From the NCBI GenBank assembly GCA_004764695.1, contig SMSO01000031.1:3014436-3078435 (forward strand): a stretch of 64,000 bases of DNA, in the 5' to 3' direction. The DNA comes from Schizochytrium sp. TIO01. Taxonomy: Eukaryota; Protista; Bigyra: Labyrinthulomycetes. Below, piece by piece: positions 11,301 to 22,015 of this stretch. Both the position numbers and the translations under genes were made by a program. Numbering within the stretch: position 1 is the stretch's first letter; every line of letters begins with the position of its first letter. Below the pieces are notes generated by a model, which was not told the origin of the DNA, did no database searches, and saw only the letters and a list, made by a program, of their open reading frames with translations.

Positions 11301-11840
11301 TCGTGTGAGACCAGCGCCGGTCTCATCTTCGTTACCTGCAGAGTCATCTTCTCCCTCTTCATTGATGCCCTCCATGGCCTGCGAAGTGGCACCGAGAGCA
11401 TCCGAAATTTGTGTGCGTTTTTCCTGCACAATGGTCTTCGCTTTGAGTCGCTTCGTGGCCTTCTCCACGGCCCTTCCTTTGCGGAGACCAACTTCTTCGT
11501 AGTGATTATCCAGCACGTTCCATGTGCGAGCAGCCTGTCGCGCTTTGACCTTACGTTTAGCAAGGTGCTTACGAAAGTTGCTTTGCAGAGTCACAGCTGC
11601 GATCTCATCTTTGCGTTGCGGGACCACGAAGGCCGGTTGGACGAAGATTGCACGGTTATCGTCAGTCTTAAAGTACGTGTGGCCATCAACAGTACCATTG
11701 GACTTCCCCATAGGTTCGTCAAGCTCAATACCAACCCAGTTGCCCTCCTTGAAATTCACCTTGCCAAAGTACCGCACCACGCCGGCCTTGCGACCTGCAA
11801 CGACGCGGTCTCCCGTCGCGAAAGAGCGTTGCTCCGCCAT
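8307..11840 (-). CDS. Ser/Thr phosphatase of the PPEF/RdgC type with N-terminal CAP-Gly, IQ motif and 8 EF-hand-like loops
   Basis: CAP-Gly 'GVVRYFG..F..G.WVGIELDEPMGKSNGTVDG..YF'; IQ-like 'LQSNFRKHLAKR'; PPP motifs GDTHGQ, GDFVDRG, RGNHE, HGG, LLWSDP, RSHE, TIFSASRY; EF loops such as DINNDGRVSFDE, DVDGNGTISVEE, DRNGDGMIDYRE. Confidence 0.93.
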   Translation of the reverse strand: MAEQRSFATGDRVVAGRKAGVVRYFGKVNFKEGNWVGIELDEPMGKSNGTVDGHTYFKTDDNRAIFVQPAFVVPQRKDEIAAVTLQSNFRKHLAKRKVKARQAARTWNVLDNHYEEVGLRKGRAVEKATKRLKAKTIVQEKRTQISDALGATSQAMEGINEEGEDDSAGNEDETGAGLTRSTSLGSSEENESMSSMSSEEDDVDDLFMGATVEELQQAAADAVDELMPEMLFAINVPKSYSGPRLNFPLRLEHVLEMLEAFKTDKVLHFKYFMLLLLFGKKLFDEEKTVQEIEIPEGVKLTVVGDTHGQLQDLFTIFTINGVPNEKNWYLFNGDFVDRGPKGCEILATMLSFKILYPKSVFLNRGNHEARAQNAWMGFEEELLTKYGHDVEAVVMDPSSKLPRSARPGGWSSSSSNAAASGSGAFGGAAAPAMETDETDPNASSSTRRPKKKLRRNSVDRATRMRHKMNVFGPGDRLASLKLYMLCQAMFDSLPLCALIQSRVFVCHGGLFRNDGVKLDHIREINRKREPPLEGTSFEDRIYEDLLWSDPRPTATYPRPLRYKRPSDRGAGCEFGPLVTNKFCAMNQIALVVRSHECVPEGFEVLHNGRLITIFSASRYCGTQTNKGAFIAFGPDLQPEIQQFYAHAIQNGNFMSDEEREAMLERDAVKMIIENICDKRIDLYWYFTQNDRNHTGIVSRVEWAHGLQSVLNLEVPFLHYQNQLAELEADGKSINYTKFLSRWQIGVRQEDSSWQDAIVRRICEKLYSIVGADLERAYRKFDINNDGRVSFDEFVKTLRSLELGMSDQEIFELMRIVDKDDSGAIDFNEFSNRFEVTFNALGEEDEAAENAAKGRDADGDSAMKNSPSDFRMARTPSMCEIEKITEAAFPNQPSSPRKANKMKLDWAAMDEWTKTHLKKIGKEIFKRTDSIRDAFKKFDDQDRGYISLDDWAARVNSWLELNLSREDADKLFKAIDTNDSGRLSAIEFVDAFHVRDRSSSAKSWQQGVVQQIANALYQNRIHLKSAFRMFDVDGNGTISVEEFQSGMETINELLDKPLSKTGIEELRRSLDRNGDGMIDYREFLAGLHLVDSAAVPGLARRASSYMDLNDPAFQPPSGGALASSSSSSSSYSLASSPTSLDTGAVNNNKNSGESASSAAANADTSGSNNISQMELDTD

Positions 11841-14800
11841 TTTATTCTATTTCCTGAGAAACTTCAACGAATCTGGAAATCCACGGGTCTCTAGTGCTGA
11901 TTAGTGTCTTGACGTTTGTGATGTATTTGATAGATACCTATAATATCTATCTTGTCTCTTTTAATATACTAGCAAAGACAAGATATTAAAAGTTCCCCTC
12001 TTTGCAACTTTCTCCACGAAAACCGAGAGTCCTTTTCGCACGTAGACTGCGTTTGAGTTTCGTCTTGTCCTGTGTGCGTGGCCTATCGAGACGGCGAATA
12101 TAGGCCGCAACAACAGAGAGCACCGGGAAGATGAGGAATGGACGAAAAGGGAGTTAGATGGGCAGAAAAGACAGTTGAGAAAAGCCGCCGGTACCCGCCT
12201 CCTGTTGCGGGTCGTGCGAAGAAGTAAAGGGCCCAAAAATGGCTACGCCGGGGCTCGCTCGCTAGCTCGCTCGCTTCCGGCGAGCGCTGCGGCGGGTTTA
12301 CCTCGGCCTTGCCGCCAGACTTTTGCCTGCCTTTCTCCTGTCTGCTTTCCTATTTCTTTCCCGTTGTTCTTTTTCCCCTGCTGTTCTTTTTTATTTCCAA
12401 TTGTTTCCATATTCTCAGCTTCCTGCATACTCCCTGTTAGTTTTCTGTCTTTTGATTAACTTGAATGCAATGTTTTATTTTATCATTCAAAAGTAGTAGT
12501 ACCTCGTTACCAATTACTCTAAAAAGGATTGTGAGATAGTTAAGTTGGGAGGGAAAAGAACAGAGAATTGAATACTTATTATAGCCTTAAATCAATCATT
12601 GATGAATTATTAATTAAACTCATCAGCTACTGCTGCCTACTAGACACTACTTTTCTATATGCTGTTTTGCATGACGATAACGATTCACGGTTCGTGTCTC
12701 ATTTCATGACTCACGAGGATCAAAACCACGACTTTGAGTCTCTCTCTACAAGCGCTTCAGCAACTTCTGCTTCGAAGCGAAGCGAAGCGATCGCAAACTT
12801 CAGATAAAATGAGAAACACTGGAAAAAGTTCATAGGTTAGTGGGCCTATATAAATAGATAATATGCATTTATGAAGTTTAAAAATAATCCCTTGCTGGAC
12901 AAAAGGTGAGCATAAATGACTTACATTAAATATATACAGGTTTAATATGGTTTTGAGGGGCGGCCAAAGGGTGGTTTGTTCTAAATTTGGAACACCAGAC
13001 GCTAAGGAGAATGCGTCGAACCAGCTAATTGGAACGGTATTTGGCCATAAAATAGGCTGTGGTACCCACGGGTTTATTTTAGGGAAGCTCTGAAGAAAAG
13101 AACGTTAAGAGCGAAGAACGGGGACAGGGTTGAAAGGATATTATATAGGCTTTATATTAGGACCGGAGAATAGCCAGTGCTTTTTTACCTTTCAATAGGG
13201 TTTTCTCGATGCATAATCTTAAAAAGAGAAAAGTCGTGATAGACATAATAACCAACTATCAGTACCTACCTACCTAAACAAAGTAGTGGATGATTCACAT
13301 GGAAACTCCACTATCCTTAGTAGCAATACATAAACTATGAATACGATCAAAAGATATAGGTTCCATGATTTTAATTAAAATACGATCATGATCATAGACG
13401 TTGACTTCTCCGGCTTTGATTATAAACCCCTACGTGAGCATGCAGGCCATAACTTCAAATTGTGTGACTTGGCACTAGCAGTGAACGAATGAGCAAACGA
13501 GCTCCGTCCTGATGAATAGGACTCAAAAGCCCCCCTCCTGTGACACGTTAAGTCCCACCCGCTAACCGCCACGAGTGTGACTCCATAATTAATACAAGCG
13601 AATCCAAGGCACGAACCACTCTGCACCATGATAAACCCATGCCACGTTGACGAGAACGTGCATGCCCAAGGTTGTACGCCTTTCATAACATTTGATTCAC
13701 AGAAGGAGTCAGATTTGGCCTGTATTCGAACCTTTACAAATGGAGACACAACAATTCAAGTAAATCTGTGATGCGATGCCGTATTTGATACAAATTCGTA
13801 CTCACGAACGAATACCCTGCGCAATATCAATAGTGACACAGACAACCGGCCTGAAGAACTTTAAGGAGAGCTTATTTGTTCCTATATGTGATATGCGACC
13901 ACTATAATCAGCATTGTGCTTTACCTCATTTTGTATAATTATATGATCACTTCTTTCTTATTGTTGCTCTCTTTTCGAATTTCACTACCTATCTCTTGTC
14001 CTGCAAGGTTTTGCTTTCTTTAACGAATATTCGATCAGAGTCAATGCACCGACTCGAAGAGGTCCGTCACTGCAATATCTGTGGTACACGCTTTTATTCA
14101 ATAGCATTTGCAACCCAGCCATTAGAAGGCAAGGGAGCACAGCAATTGCGAACTAGGTTAAGCTCGCGTCTCTTATGCGCAGGAGACTATCACTCATAAA
14201 GCAGACACTTTCGTGTCTATGTGACGTCGCCAGCACTGTACCATCCATCGCAAGGGTTTTGGGAAGTCACCACGAACCTTTGGGTCGGAGATTGCACGCC
14301 TGTTGTTGCTTCGACCTGAGGTTGATTCTACTATCTGGTGAGACTCGACCCGGCTTTTCGACGTGGAGAACCACAAGTAAAAAATCGAGCCATCATTGAG
14401 ATACCCAAGAAATCGCTTGGCGGTGAACGATCAATTCTACTCTTTCCTCAACAGAGACTACTACACGCGTTGGTGCACTTGCTGCTTCTATACTCTACTT
14501 CATGTCTAGTATTCGAGGTTGCCGCCCGCTGTCTCCGGAATTGTTGTGCACCAAAAGTGTAGGAGACCCCTAGTGCTCGCGCCATCGATGGAATGGAGAC
14601 TGCGATCTTACATAACTTCAGTTGTGCACAACACCAAAATCTTTGTGCATTGGATACGACGGACGGAATTCGACACCATAAATTCCAAGAGCTCATCGGC
14701 CTCTTGATCTTACTGTTTGTATAGATTAAATGTTTCAAGCTGGACGATCAAGATCAGCGCATTGGGCAAACCACCCAAAGCCTATGACCTTTTCCTTTTG

Positions 14801-16129
14801 CGTAAACCCTCGCAAGAAGCTTTCGTGGTCTTTGTATATATTTTTTTTCCTTCTATTTTTAGCACGAAAAACTACAATGAAAACCAAAATCTCGATTCCT
14901 CAACCCTCAAGACACATACATGGAGTCCCGTGCACACGCGCGCAAGAGCTTGAGACCGACCACTCATTGATTGTCGCTCTGCAAAGTGGCGTGCAGTGAA
15001 GCTTGCGAGGCTGCAGATAACGCCAGCTGCTTTCGTGCAATGATTTGAAGCAACTGTGATATTTGGGAAGCCATTGGCAGAGCCAATTCATCTGGGTGAG
15101 CCGGCAGAGTGAATGACATTGGACTGGGAACCGCCATCTAGTGTATTCATTTACATTAAACTTTAAGATTTATAGTTCACTTTTCTACCTTTCTCAATTA
15201 AAAATGTATATATTTAATTTAAAAAAATATTTATGACTCTCCTCAGAAAGAAGCAGAAATGCGCGTTTCATGAAACTACCTATACCTGCCATCTTAGAGC
15301 TCAAAAGCACAGTCTGCATTCTTGCAAGACCAAAGCCAATTTCCGAGCCATTGCAAGCTCCTGTAGGATTGCCTCGCGTGAAGTTCTTCACTTCTGTCGT
15401 TGCGGGCGTGGAAGAGCTTGACCAGCCGTGAACTTGTGGTGCTTCGGCGCACGCCTTGTTTTGACAGTAGAGACGACGGTGTGGATGAGCGCGTGCCCTT
15501 CTGACTGAGCGGTGCGGAAGTAGTCTTTTGCAACTTTTAAATTTGCCACGACTGATCTCCTTTGGCGAGCATAGCTAGCAGGCTGGGGGGTTCTGAGTCA
15601 GGGTTTCGATTGGTCGAACGATTGATCGATCAATTGATTATTGGGCTTTCTTAACCTTAAAGTGGGTTTTCTGCAATTGAGGAAAGAGAGTATCCAATTC
15701 CAGCAAAGCCCTTTGTTGCAGAGTAGGTACCTTCAAGGCGCCGGGAGCATACCTCCAAAATAACGTGTTGCATCGAACACAAAGATCCGAGCACTGGTGG
15801 CTACGAACGAGCCATTGACTGCATCGATTGAGCAGGATTGGCGGGATATTTTCATCAATTACTTGCACCTTCGCTGCTTGTAATTCCAAAGCGAGCGTGG
15901 GAACGTCAGAGTGCGCAGCAATCCAGCCGAAGGACCAGCTCGCCATTTTCAAAGTGCAATTTCTACTATCTACTAACTACCTTCAAATTGCTGTGTTGGC
16001 GCTGACAAACTTGCAAGCAAGAAAAGGTGGCATATCTGTAAAGTTTCATCCGCGTAGTAGTGTCAGCAAAAGCGAAACTCCAATACACCAAACCCCCAGT
16101 AGGGCGACCACCGCAACTCAGCAACGACA

Positions 16130-17362
16130 ATGGGCTGTACTTCGTCCAAGAATGCCTCGCCACCGCAGCGCGAACTCGTGATCTCCTCAACTTATCCATA
16201 CACTGAGACTAAGCGAGGAAGCGTCATGGTTCCTGCGGTGGAGTATGACGAAGACGACTATAGCTACTCAAGGCATCACGACGTCAAACACCACGATTCT
16301 GCGAGCAGTAGCAGTGAAGAAGAAGATAGCGACAAAGATGATGAAGAATCTAGCGACGAAGAAAGCGACAGTGACAGCGACAGCGAGCAAAACCACCAAC
16401 ATCAAGAGGAGCGGCCGTCTCATTACTTTAAACGCAAGAGCTTTGCTCCACCTCATGCATATGATTTGACAAAGGCAGCGGGAAAAGCAGATCAAGAGGA
16501 TGATGATGAGGAAGAAGAAGAAGAAGAGCAAAAGGCCACGCAAGCAATGACTTTTTCCTCTCCTGCAGAACTCAAGCAACGACTCGATAAATATTACGCA
16601 CATGTGGACCCAGTTGGTGTGGAGTACGGGGAAGTGAATGTTGAGCACCTTGTCAATTGGGCCATGACACAGCCACCTGATGTGGCTTTACGAATGATCG
16701 AAGAAGAGCTGAGGACCCGTTATGGGCTGACTCTGGAGCGTTTTGAACAGGGTGAGAGACTTTCTGATTTACCCTCTCGCCGGGGAACTGGTATGGACTC
16801 AATTGCTGGCCGAGGTTCCACTGCCGAGAGCGAGTTTGATGAGGATGACGAAGACGTTGTGCGTGATCAGCTTAGCCAGTTCTTTTTAGAATACGCACCA
16901 GATAGTATCAGTACTGCAGTAGAAACGTACTTGAGTGTTTTCCGCACAAAGGGCCGAATTGCGATGAATATGGCACTCTATGATGAATTCGGGGCAAACC
17001 TGAGCGCGATTGCAGGGACTAACCAACGAACTAAAAAGAACAGTTCCTTTAATCATGAGAAATTTGGTGTAAAGGTGGCATCAGATGATGTCCTTCATGA
17101 AATGGCGCGCTTCAAGCGCTTGTCAAGCTTGCGCCCAACACAACGTAACGAGAGCGGACGTTCTACACGCACCGGTTCAGCTGTGTCCGATAGTCTTGCA
17201 CGTCGCTGGAAGCGAATGTCAAACCGTCGTGATGTGGAAAGCAGCATAACTAGTGAGCGTGTTGACGTCTCTGAATGTCCTGGCTACGCCGTTGATGTAT
17301 CAGCAGCAGAGTTTGGCGCTTGCAAGTGGTGTGGAAAACCTCGCACTATGCACAAAGATTAA
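16130..17362 (+). CDS. Putative N-myristoylated/palmitoylated protein with acidic tract, two helical repeats and a C-terminal CCCH-like motif
   Basis: 410-aa ATG ORF starting MGCTSSK; D/E/S tracts; C-terminus CPGY...CKWCGKPRTMH. Confidence 0.8.
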   Translation: MGCTSSKNASPPQRELVISSTYPYTETKRGSVMVPAVEYDEDDYSYSRHHDVKHHDSASSSSEEEDSDKDDEESSDEESDSDSDSEQNHQHQEERPSHYFKRKSFAPPHAYDLTKAAGKADQEDDDEEEEEEEQKATQAMTFSSPAELKQRLDKYYAHVDPVGVEYGEVNVEHLVNWAMTQPPDVALRMIEEELRTRYGLTLERFEQGERLSDLPSRRGTGMDSIAGRGSTAESEFDEDDEDVVRDQLSQFFLEYAPDSISTAVETYLSVFRTKGRIAMNMALYDEFGANLSAIAGTNQRTKKNSSFNHEKFGVKVASDDVLHEMARFKRLSSLRPTQRNESGRSTRTGSAVSDSLARRWKRMSNRRDVESSITSERVDVSECPGYAVDVSAAEFGACKWCGKPRTMHKD

Positions 17363-18004
17363 TGGAGTGAATTGTTTACCTTTCCACACCAACGGGTTGC
17401 ATATGTTTCAATAGCCTGGGCTTATATTGAATTTTGAGTAATTTGTAGATGGAGATTTTGTTTATGCGCAGGTTTACAATTATACGAAGCCCCTGCACTT
17501 TTAAAAAGCTGTCTCTTATAAGCACATATGAAAAGTAAAGGGACTACAGATCCAATGTCAGATAGCAAAGCATGCAGCAACCAGCAAATCCGTCTATGTT
17601 TTGCAACCGGAGCTACGGCTTAGTCGTCTGCTTTTCTGATGAATCTCTTTTTTATCTTTCAACCTACGTCTATCTTCCCGACTGACTAGGAAACCGGATG
17701 ATCAATTCACAAATTGAGTTTTGCATGACAAAGCTCTATATTGAATTTCTCAGAAAAGCCAAAATATTTTAGTATTATATGTAAGGCCCCTCTTGTCTGA
17801 AAGCAAAGTGTTTCCGAATGTTGAGATACAAAAGCAAGGAAGAGAGGGCCAAATGATACATTTTGTTCTCTATGTTTTAGAATACTACTATTTTCTTAGA
17901 TATTTCTGGAAATTGTACCCAACAAGAAACTCGTTGTCCTGCAACAGAGCAAATAAACATGTTTGCTGCTTAAGAAACTTGCGTAACTTCTTCTGAGTCA
18001 GCTT

Positions 18005-18973
18005 TTAAAGAACAAAGATGCCAAAGGTGTCTAAACGCACCCGTGTAAGGCGTTCTAAATAAGTCTCAAGGAGTTCACCGAAATCATCTGAAGTAAGTCG
18101 CACAGTATCAGAACATTTCGTCTCACGTGCATCCATAACAGTTTCGGGCTCCATTGTAGTTTCCCACCCTAGAACAGCATCTCGAATTTCATATAAAAAT
18201 TGAAGAGAACTTGATCCCGTGAGCTCACCAGCCTGACTCGCCTTCAGTGCAAGACTTTCCGTTTCAAGAGTTCCATAATATTCCTCCAGTGCTTGATCAA
18301 TCTTCACGCGAAGCTCACGATGAAGCCATTTCGAAAAGGCCCCAGGTTTATTTGCATTAACAAAGCTTTCCATGGCGTACACAAGATCCGGCCAAGCAAG
18401 CTCACGTTTACTCTGCACGTCTAAAACCTCAAAGACAACTTCCAGTTGCTGGCGAAGTCCAGTACGTCCTGACAACGCCTCTACTTCGCTCAATAGAGCC
18501 TTTATGGTACGGCCGTGTAAGGGTACATGGCGCTGCGGACTATTTGTTTCTGAGTTCAGTGGCCAGATATCAAGCTTTAGAATCTCGTCTTGAACTGCTT
18601 CTTTAAGTTTACCATCATAAGATTTTCGACGAAGTCCATGTTTCTCCTCAACAATCATCTCTCGAACACGGCGTTGTTCAACAGATACCTTGGACGATCT
18701 GCTGACTACCTTTGGATTGTTGCGATAAAGATGGGCCGCGAGCATATTCAAAGGTTGAATTTGCTGTTTATTACCCTTCGATACTTCTGCCCAGGCCTTT
18801 GCAACGTGGACAAGCGCAGGAATTAGGGATGCAAGAAGATGCTCAAGGGTATAATCACATTGCACAGACTTGCACTCAGTGAGAAGTTTGCGAACGAGAT
18901 CACGCAAGAGCTCATCGGTTTCATGCCGCACAATACCCATTGTGGGAGCTTCACTCATGCTAGCCGCTGGCAT
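18005..18973 (-). CDS. Protein with Dpy-30/RIIa-like docking motif and a degenerate EF-hand
   Basis: 'YTLEHLLASLIPALVHV...QPLNMLAAHLYRNNP' resembles the Dpy-30 motif of ciliary proteins; 'VFEVLDVQSKRELAWPDL' is EF-hand-like; first ATG at 18973. Confidence 0.65.
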   Translation of the reverse strand: MPAASMSEAPTMGIVRHETDELLRDLVRKLLTECKSVQCDYTLEHLLASLIPALVHVAKAWAEVSKGNKQQIQPLNMLAAHLYRNNPKVVSRSSKVSVEQRRVREMIVEEKHGLRRKSYDGKLKEAVQDEILKLDIWPLNSETNSPQRHVPLHGRTIKALLSEVEALSGRTGLRQQLEVVFEVLDVQSKRELAWPDLVYAMESFVNANKPGAFSKWLHRELRVKIDQALEEYYGTLETESLALKASQAGELTGSSSLQFLYEIRDAVLGWETTMEPETVMDARETKCSDTVRLTSDDFGELLETYLERLTRVRLDTFGIFVL

Positions 18974-20491
18974 TATCCTGACAGCTCTAGTCAGGGTATT
19001 TTCGTCAATCAAACCAGGACCTGTCCCTTGCTAGAAAAGATGTTGTTCTTGGCCAACCTCCTTTAATCCACAACCTTAGTTTCCTTCGTCTGGCGATCAA
19101 TCGCCGCAACAGGCGCCAAGGTTCACACGATATGAAGAATGATATTGTATCACAGGGATTTTGAAAGCCTAGCAAGTCAAGTAACCCAGGATCTTCACGG
19201 CGCGGTTTGACCGCGCGTGCATGTTCTCAACTAGAACCCAGAAAACCTAGCGACTGCGGGCATGGGGTGTGTACCACAACGTCCTAATAAGGGGACCCGG
19301 TGTGTACCAGTTTAGACAAAAGGTCTAATTACGCAATAACTGAAGGGCTCTTACAAATTTTTCCATCGCTCTTTGTGTCATTTCTTGAGGCCAAAATTTT
19401 GTACAATGAATTCGGAAACTCTCTGTTTGGGCGTCTTGCTCCTGCTCCTCTAATATTGAAGTCTTTATTCTGGTCTGGTCTACTTATGGAGTTCTTAAAA
19501 GCACACGTTTCTACCCGAAGAAACGACCAAAGCCGACTTGATAAATCACTTTGACTATCCCTATGTCACATGCCTCCTAGCGTTTTCCCTATAGCCCTCT
19601 TTCTTCCTTCGTCTGCTTACTCCTAATCTGTATCTACCCCAAATCTTAGACATCACAACAGCCCCCCTGAGTTTTTCATAGGAGTCATAGATTGCTACTA
19701 CCAGTACAGATTGCAATAAACAGAAATCACCTACCTGCCTATTGTCTACTTTTCCGATCAGCAAAAAGAGAGATTCGCAAGCTACTTACTGCAGCACAAG
19801 TGCTTACTATGACTGCACTTTTAACTCTGTTCTTAACCGCCTAGAAAACACAAAAAATGTAGGGGCTCTTCGTTACTTGCCTATCATCGATTCATAATTG
19901 TTCATTTGTTTGATTATGTGTTGCTTATTTATTTGTTTGTTTGTTTGTTTGTTTGTTTGCATGATACTAAACACATCCTAAATACTACTAGTTGCTAATT
20001 AATTGCCGCTCGCGTGCGGTCTAGCTTGCGGCCTTCGAGGCGGAGCAGAACTTACTCAGGCATCGCCTCATCCTGGCGGAGTGTACACGGGTGTCCGTAG
20101 AGGGAACATCGTGGCGCCGTCTCCCCTTCACGAGGTTTCGAAGCACCCTTGTTTCTAGGAGGCCCTCGCTCAAGGGCGCTGTGAAATTAACGGGACCGTG
20201 GCTCACGAGCTCGCTCGCCTCGTTTGCGTTTTTGCTGTCTTGTCTTAGATTCGTGCTTGCCTCGCAAGATTTAGATTCACTTTTGGCTTTACTTCTGGCT
20301 TGATAGTGGCAAAGACGATTTTGTGAAGTTGTAATTGAGACCAACATTGTGATCTTGAGAAGATCGAACTAGCAGTCTAAATAATTTGTTGGTGATCGCT
20401 ACCACGTTCACTCAAAGCACCTGTGAGCTCCTGTGTGACAATCCCAAATATACGAAAGGCCAAGACGAGCTAAGTTTCTTTGGGTTTCCTA

Positions 20492-22015
20492 ATGTCGAGC
20501 TCGAATGCGTCAAAGGCTCGGCAGCGACGCAAGCGCGCTGAAAATGAGGTTGCCAAATTGCTCGACCTAGATGACCCTGCGGGCGGGGCTTCAGCTGGTG
20601 GAGAGGGTGGGGATATCTCTGTTGCGCTTTCAGAGAGTCGACGCAGTAAACTTAAAGAGCTTTTGAGCAAAGTTCTCACTGAGAAGGACGGCGCACGTGA
20701 AGCACGATCCTGGATTATGGCACATCCTCGTTGCGCACGTGACATTGGAGATGAGCTGAAAACTCTTTTGCGTAAGGAGTCAAAAACTGGAAGCGGTGGC
20801 AAAAAGCTATTGGTTTTACGCGTACTCCACGACATTCTGGGTAAACGTCATGCGATGGAAAGCGAAGGAAAGACCCTCCAGGTTGACTTTGAAACGTCTT
20901 GGTTGACAGTATTTGAAACAGCTGTGACAGAGTGTCTTGCACCAAGCCAGCCTGAAAAGATGGTGGTCTCCTTTAATAAGTATTACGAGAAGTGGAAATC
21001 ACAGAAATGGCTGAGCACAGGTTCGTTAGCAGTGCTTGACGAGCAAAGGCGAGAGACTTTGCGCCGGCGGCATTCTTCTCCCTCCACGCAAGCTCCTGCC
21101 GCGCCTCATGGTTTGCGACGGGACGACAGAGACCTGGGACGAAAAGTCACTTTCATTGATTCTAAACGTCAAAATTCTGAAATCAATGGAGGTACAGCTC
21201 ACCCTTTGGGAAAGGGTACCTCATTTACGTCTCTGTCTTCTTCAGCTTCAGAGAGTAACGAAAATGGCCCAAATGGCGTAAAATCGTCAGCATCTACGTC
21301 ATCTCCCTCCAGGGAGGCTGCTGGCACAGGATCTGCCTCTGATACATCCTCGTTTGCGTATGTACCGCCTTCTGCACGGCAAAACTCCGATGGTCCTGGC
21401 GAAATCCGCCGGCGCAGTCGGTCGCCACCAATGGGGTGGAGACCTCGATCTCCACCTGTAGGAGGGCGACGAGATATGTCCCCACCTCGTGGACGTAGAT
21501 CTCTATCCCCTCGTGGACCTCGTGGCGACCCTCGTGATTGGGATCGCCGTTCACGGTCACCCCCACCCCTTAACGGCCGACGCCCTCGATCACCTTCCCC
21601 TCTCGGTCGACGATGGTCACGATCTCCTCCACGACGCTGGCGACCTCCATCACCTCACCGTGGCTATGGACGTAGTCGTTCGCGTTCGCCACCTGGTTCG
21701 TACCGCCGAGGCCCACCTCGGTCTCCTTCACCAGGTGGACTTGCCAACTACAACAATAACGATACCGGACTATCACAAAAGAGGAATCGGGGTGGCCCTC
21801 GCGATCCTTCTCCTCCACATTCTCAGTCTCCAGACCGCCGTGACCAAGGTTCTGCCCCTGCTTCAAACAATGCAAAAGCTTCGTCAAATGGCAGCAAGCG
21901 TAGGAAGCGTCGCCGCAAAGGACGCAACGGAGGAGGCAAGGGAAACAATAACGGTGAATCTGCGCAAAAGCAAAACAACGGGGACAGTGCACAAAGTACA
22001 GATGCCCAAAAGTAG
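20492..22015 (+). CDS. CID (RNA pol II CTD-interacting)-like domain protein with RS/RSP-rich region; probable RNA-processing factor
   Basis: 'AREARSWIMAH...KKLLVLRVLHDIL...KWKSQKW' resembles CID helices; many RSRSPP repeats; basic NLS-like KRRKRRRK; first ATG at 20492. Confidence 0.7.
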   Translation: MSSSNASKARQRRKRAENEVAKLLDLDDPAGGASAGGEGGDISVALSESRRSKLKELLSKVLTEKDGAREARSWIMAHPRCARDIGDELKTLLRKESKTGSGGKKLLVLRVLHDILGKRHAMESEGKTLQVDFETSWLTVFETAVTECLAPSQPEKMVVSFNKYYEKWKSQKWLSTGSLAVLDEQRRETLRRRHSSPSTQAPAAPHGLRRDDRDLGRKVTFIDSKRQNSEINGGTAHPLGKGTSFTSLSSSASESNENGPNGVKSSASTSSPSREAAGTGSASDTSSFAYVPPSARQNSDGPGEIRRRSRSPPMGWRPRSPPVGGRRDMSPPRGRRSLSPRGPRGDPRDWDRRSRSPPPLNGRRPRSPSPLGRRWSRSPPRRWRPPSPHRGYGRSRSRSPPGSYRRGPPRSPSPGGLANYNNNDTGLSQKRNRGGPRDPSPPHSQSPDRRDQGSAPASNNAKASSNGSKRRKRRRKGRNGGGKGNNNGESAQKQNNGDSAQSTDAQK

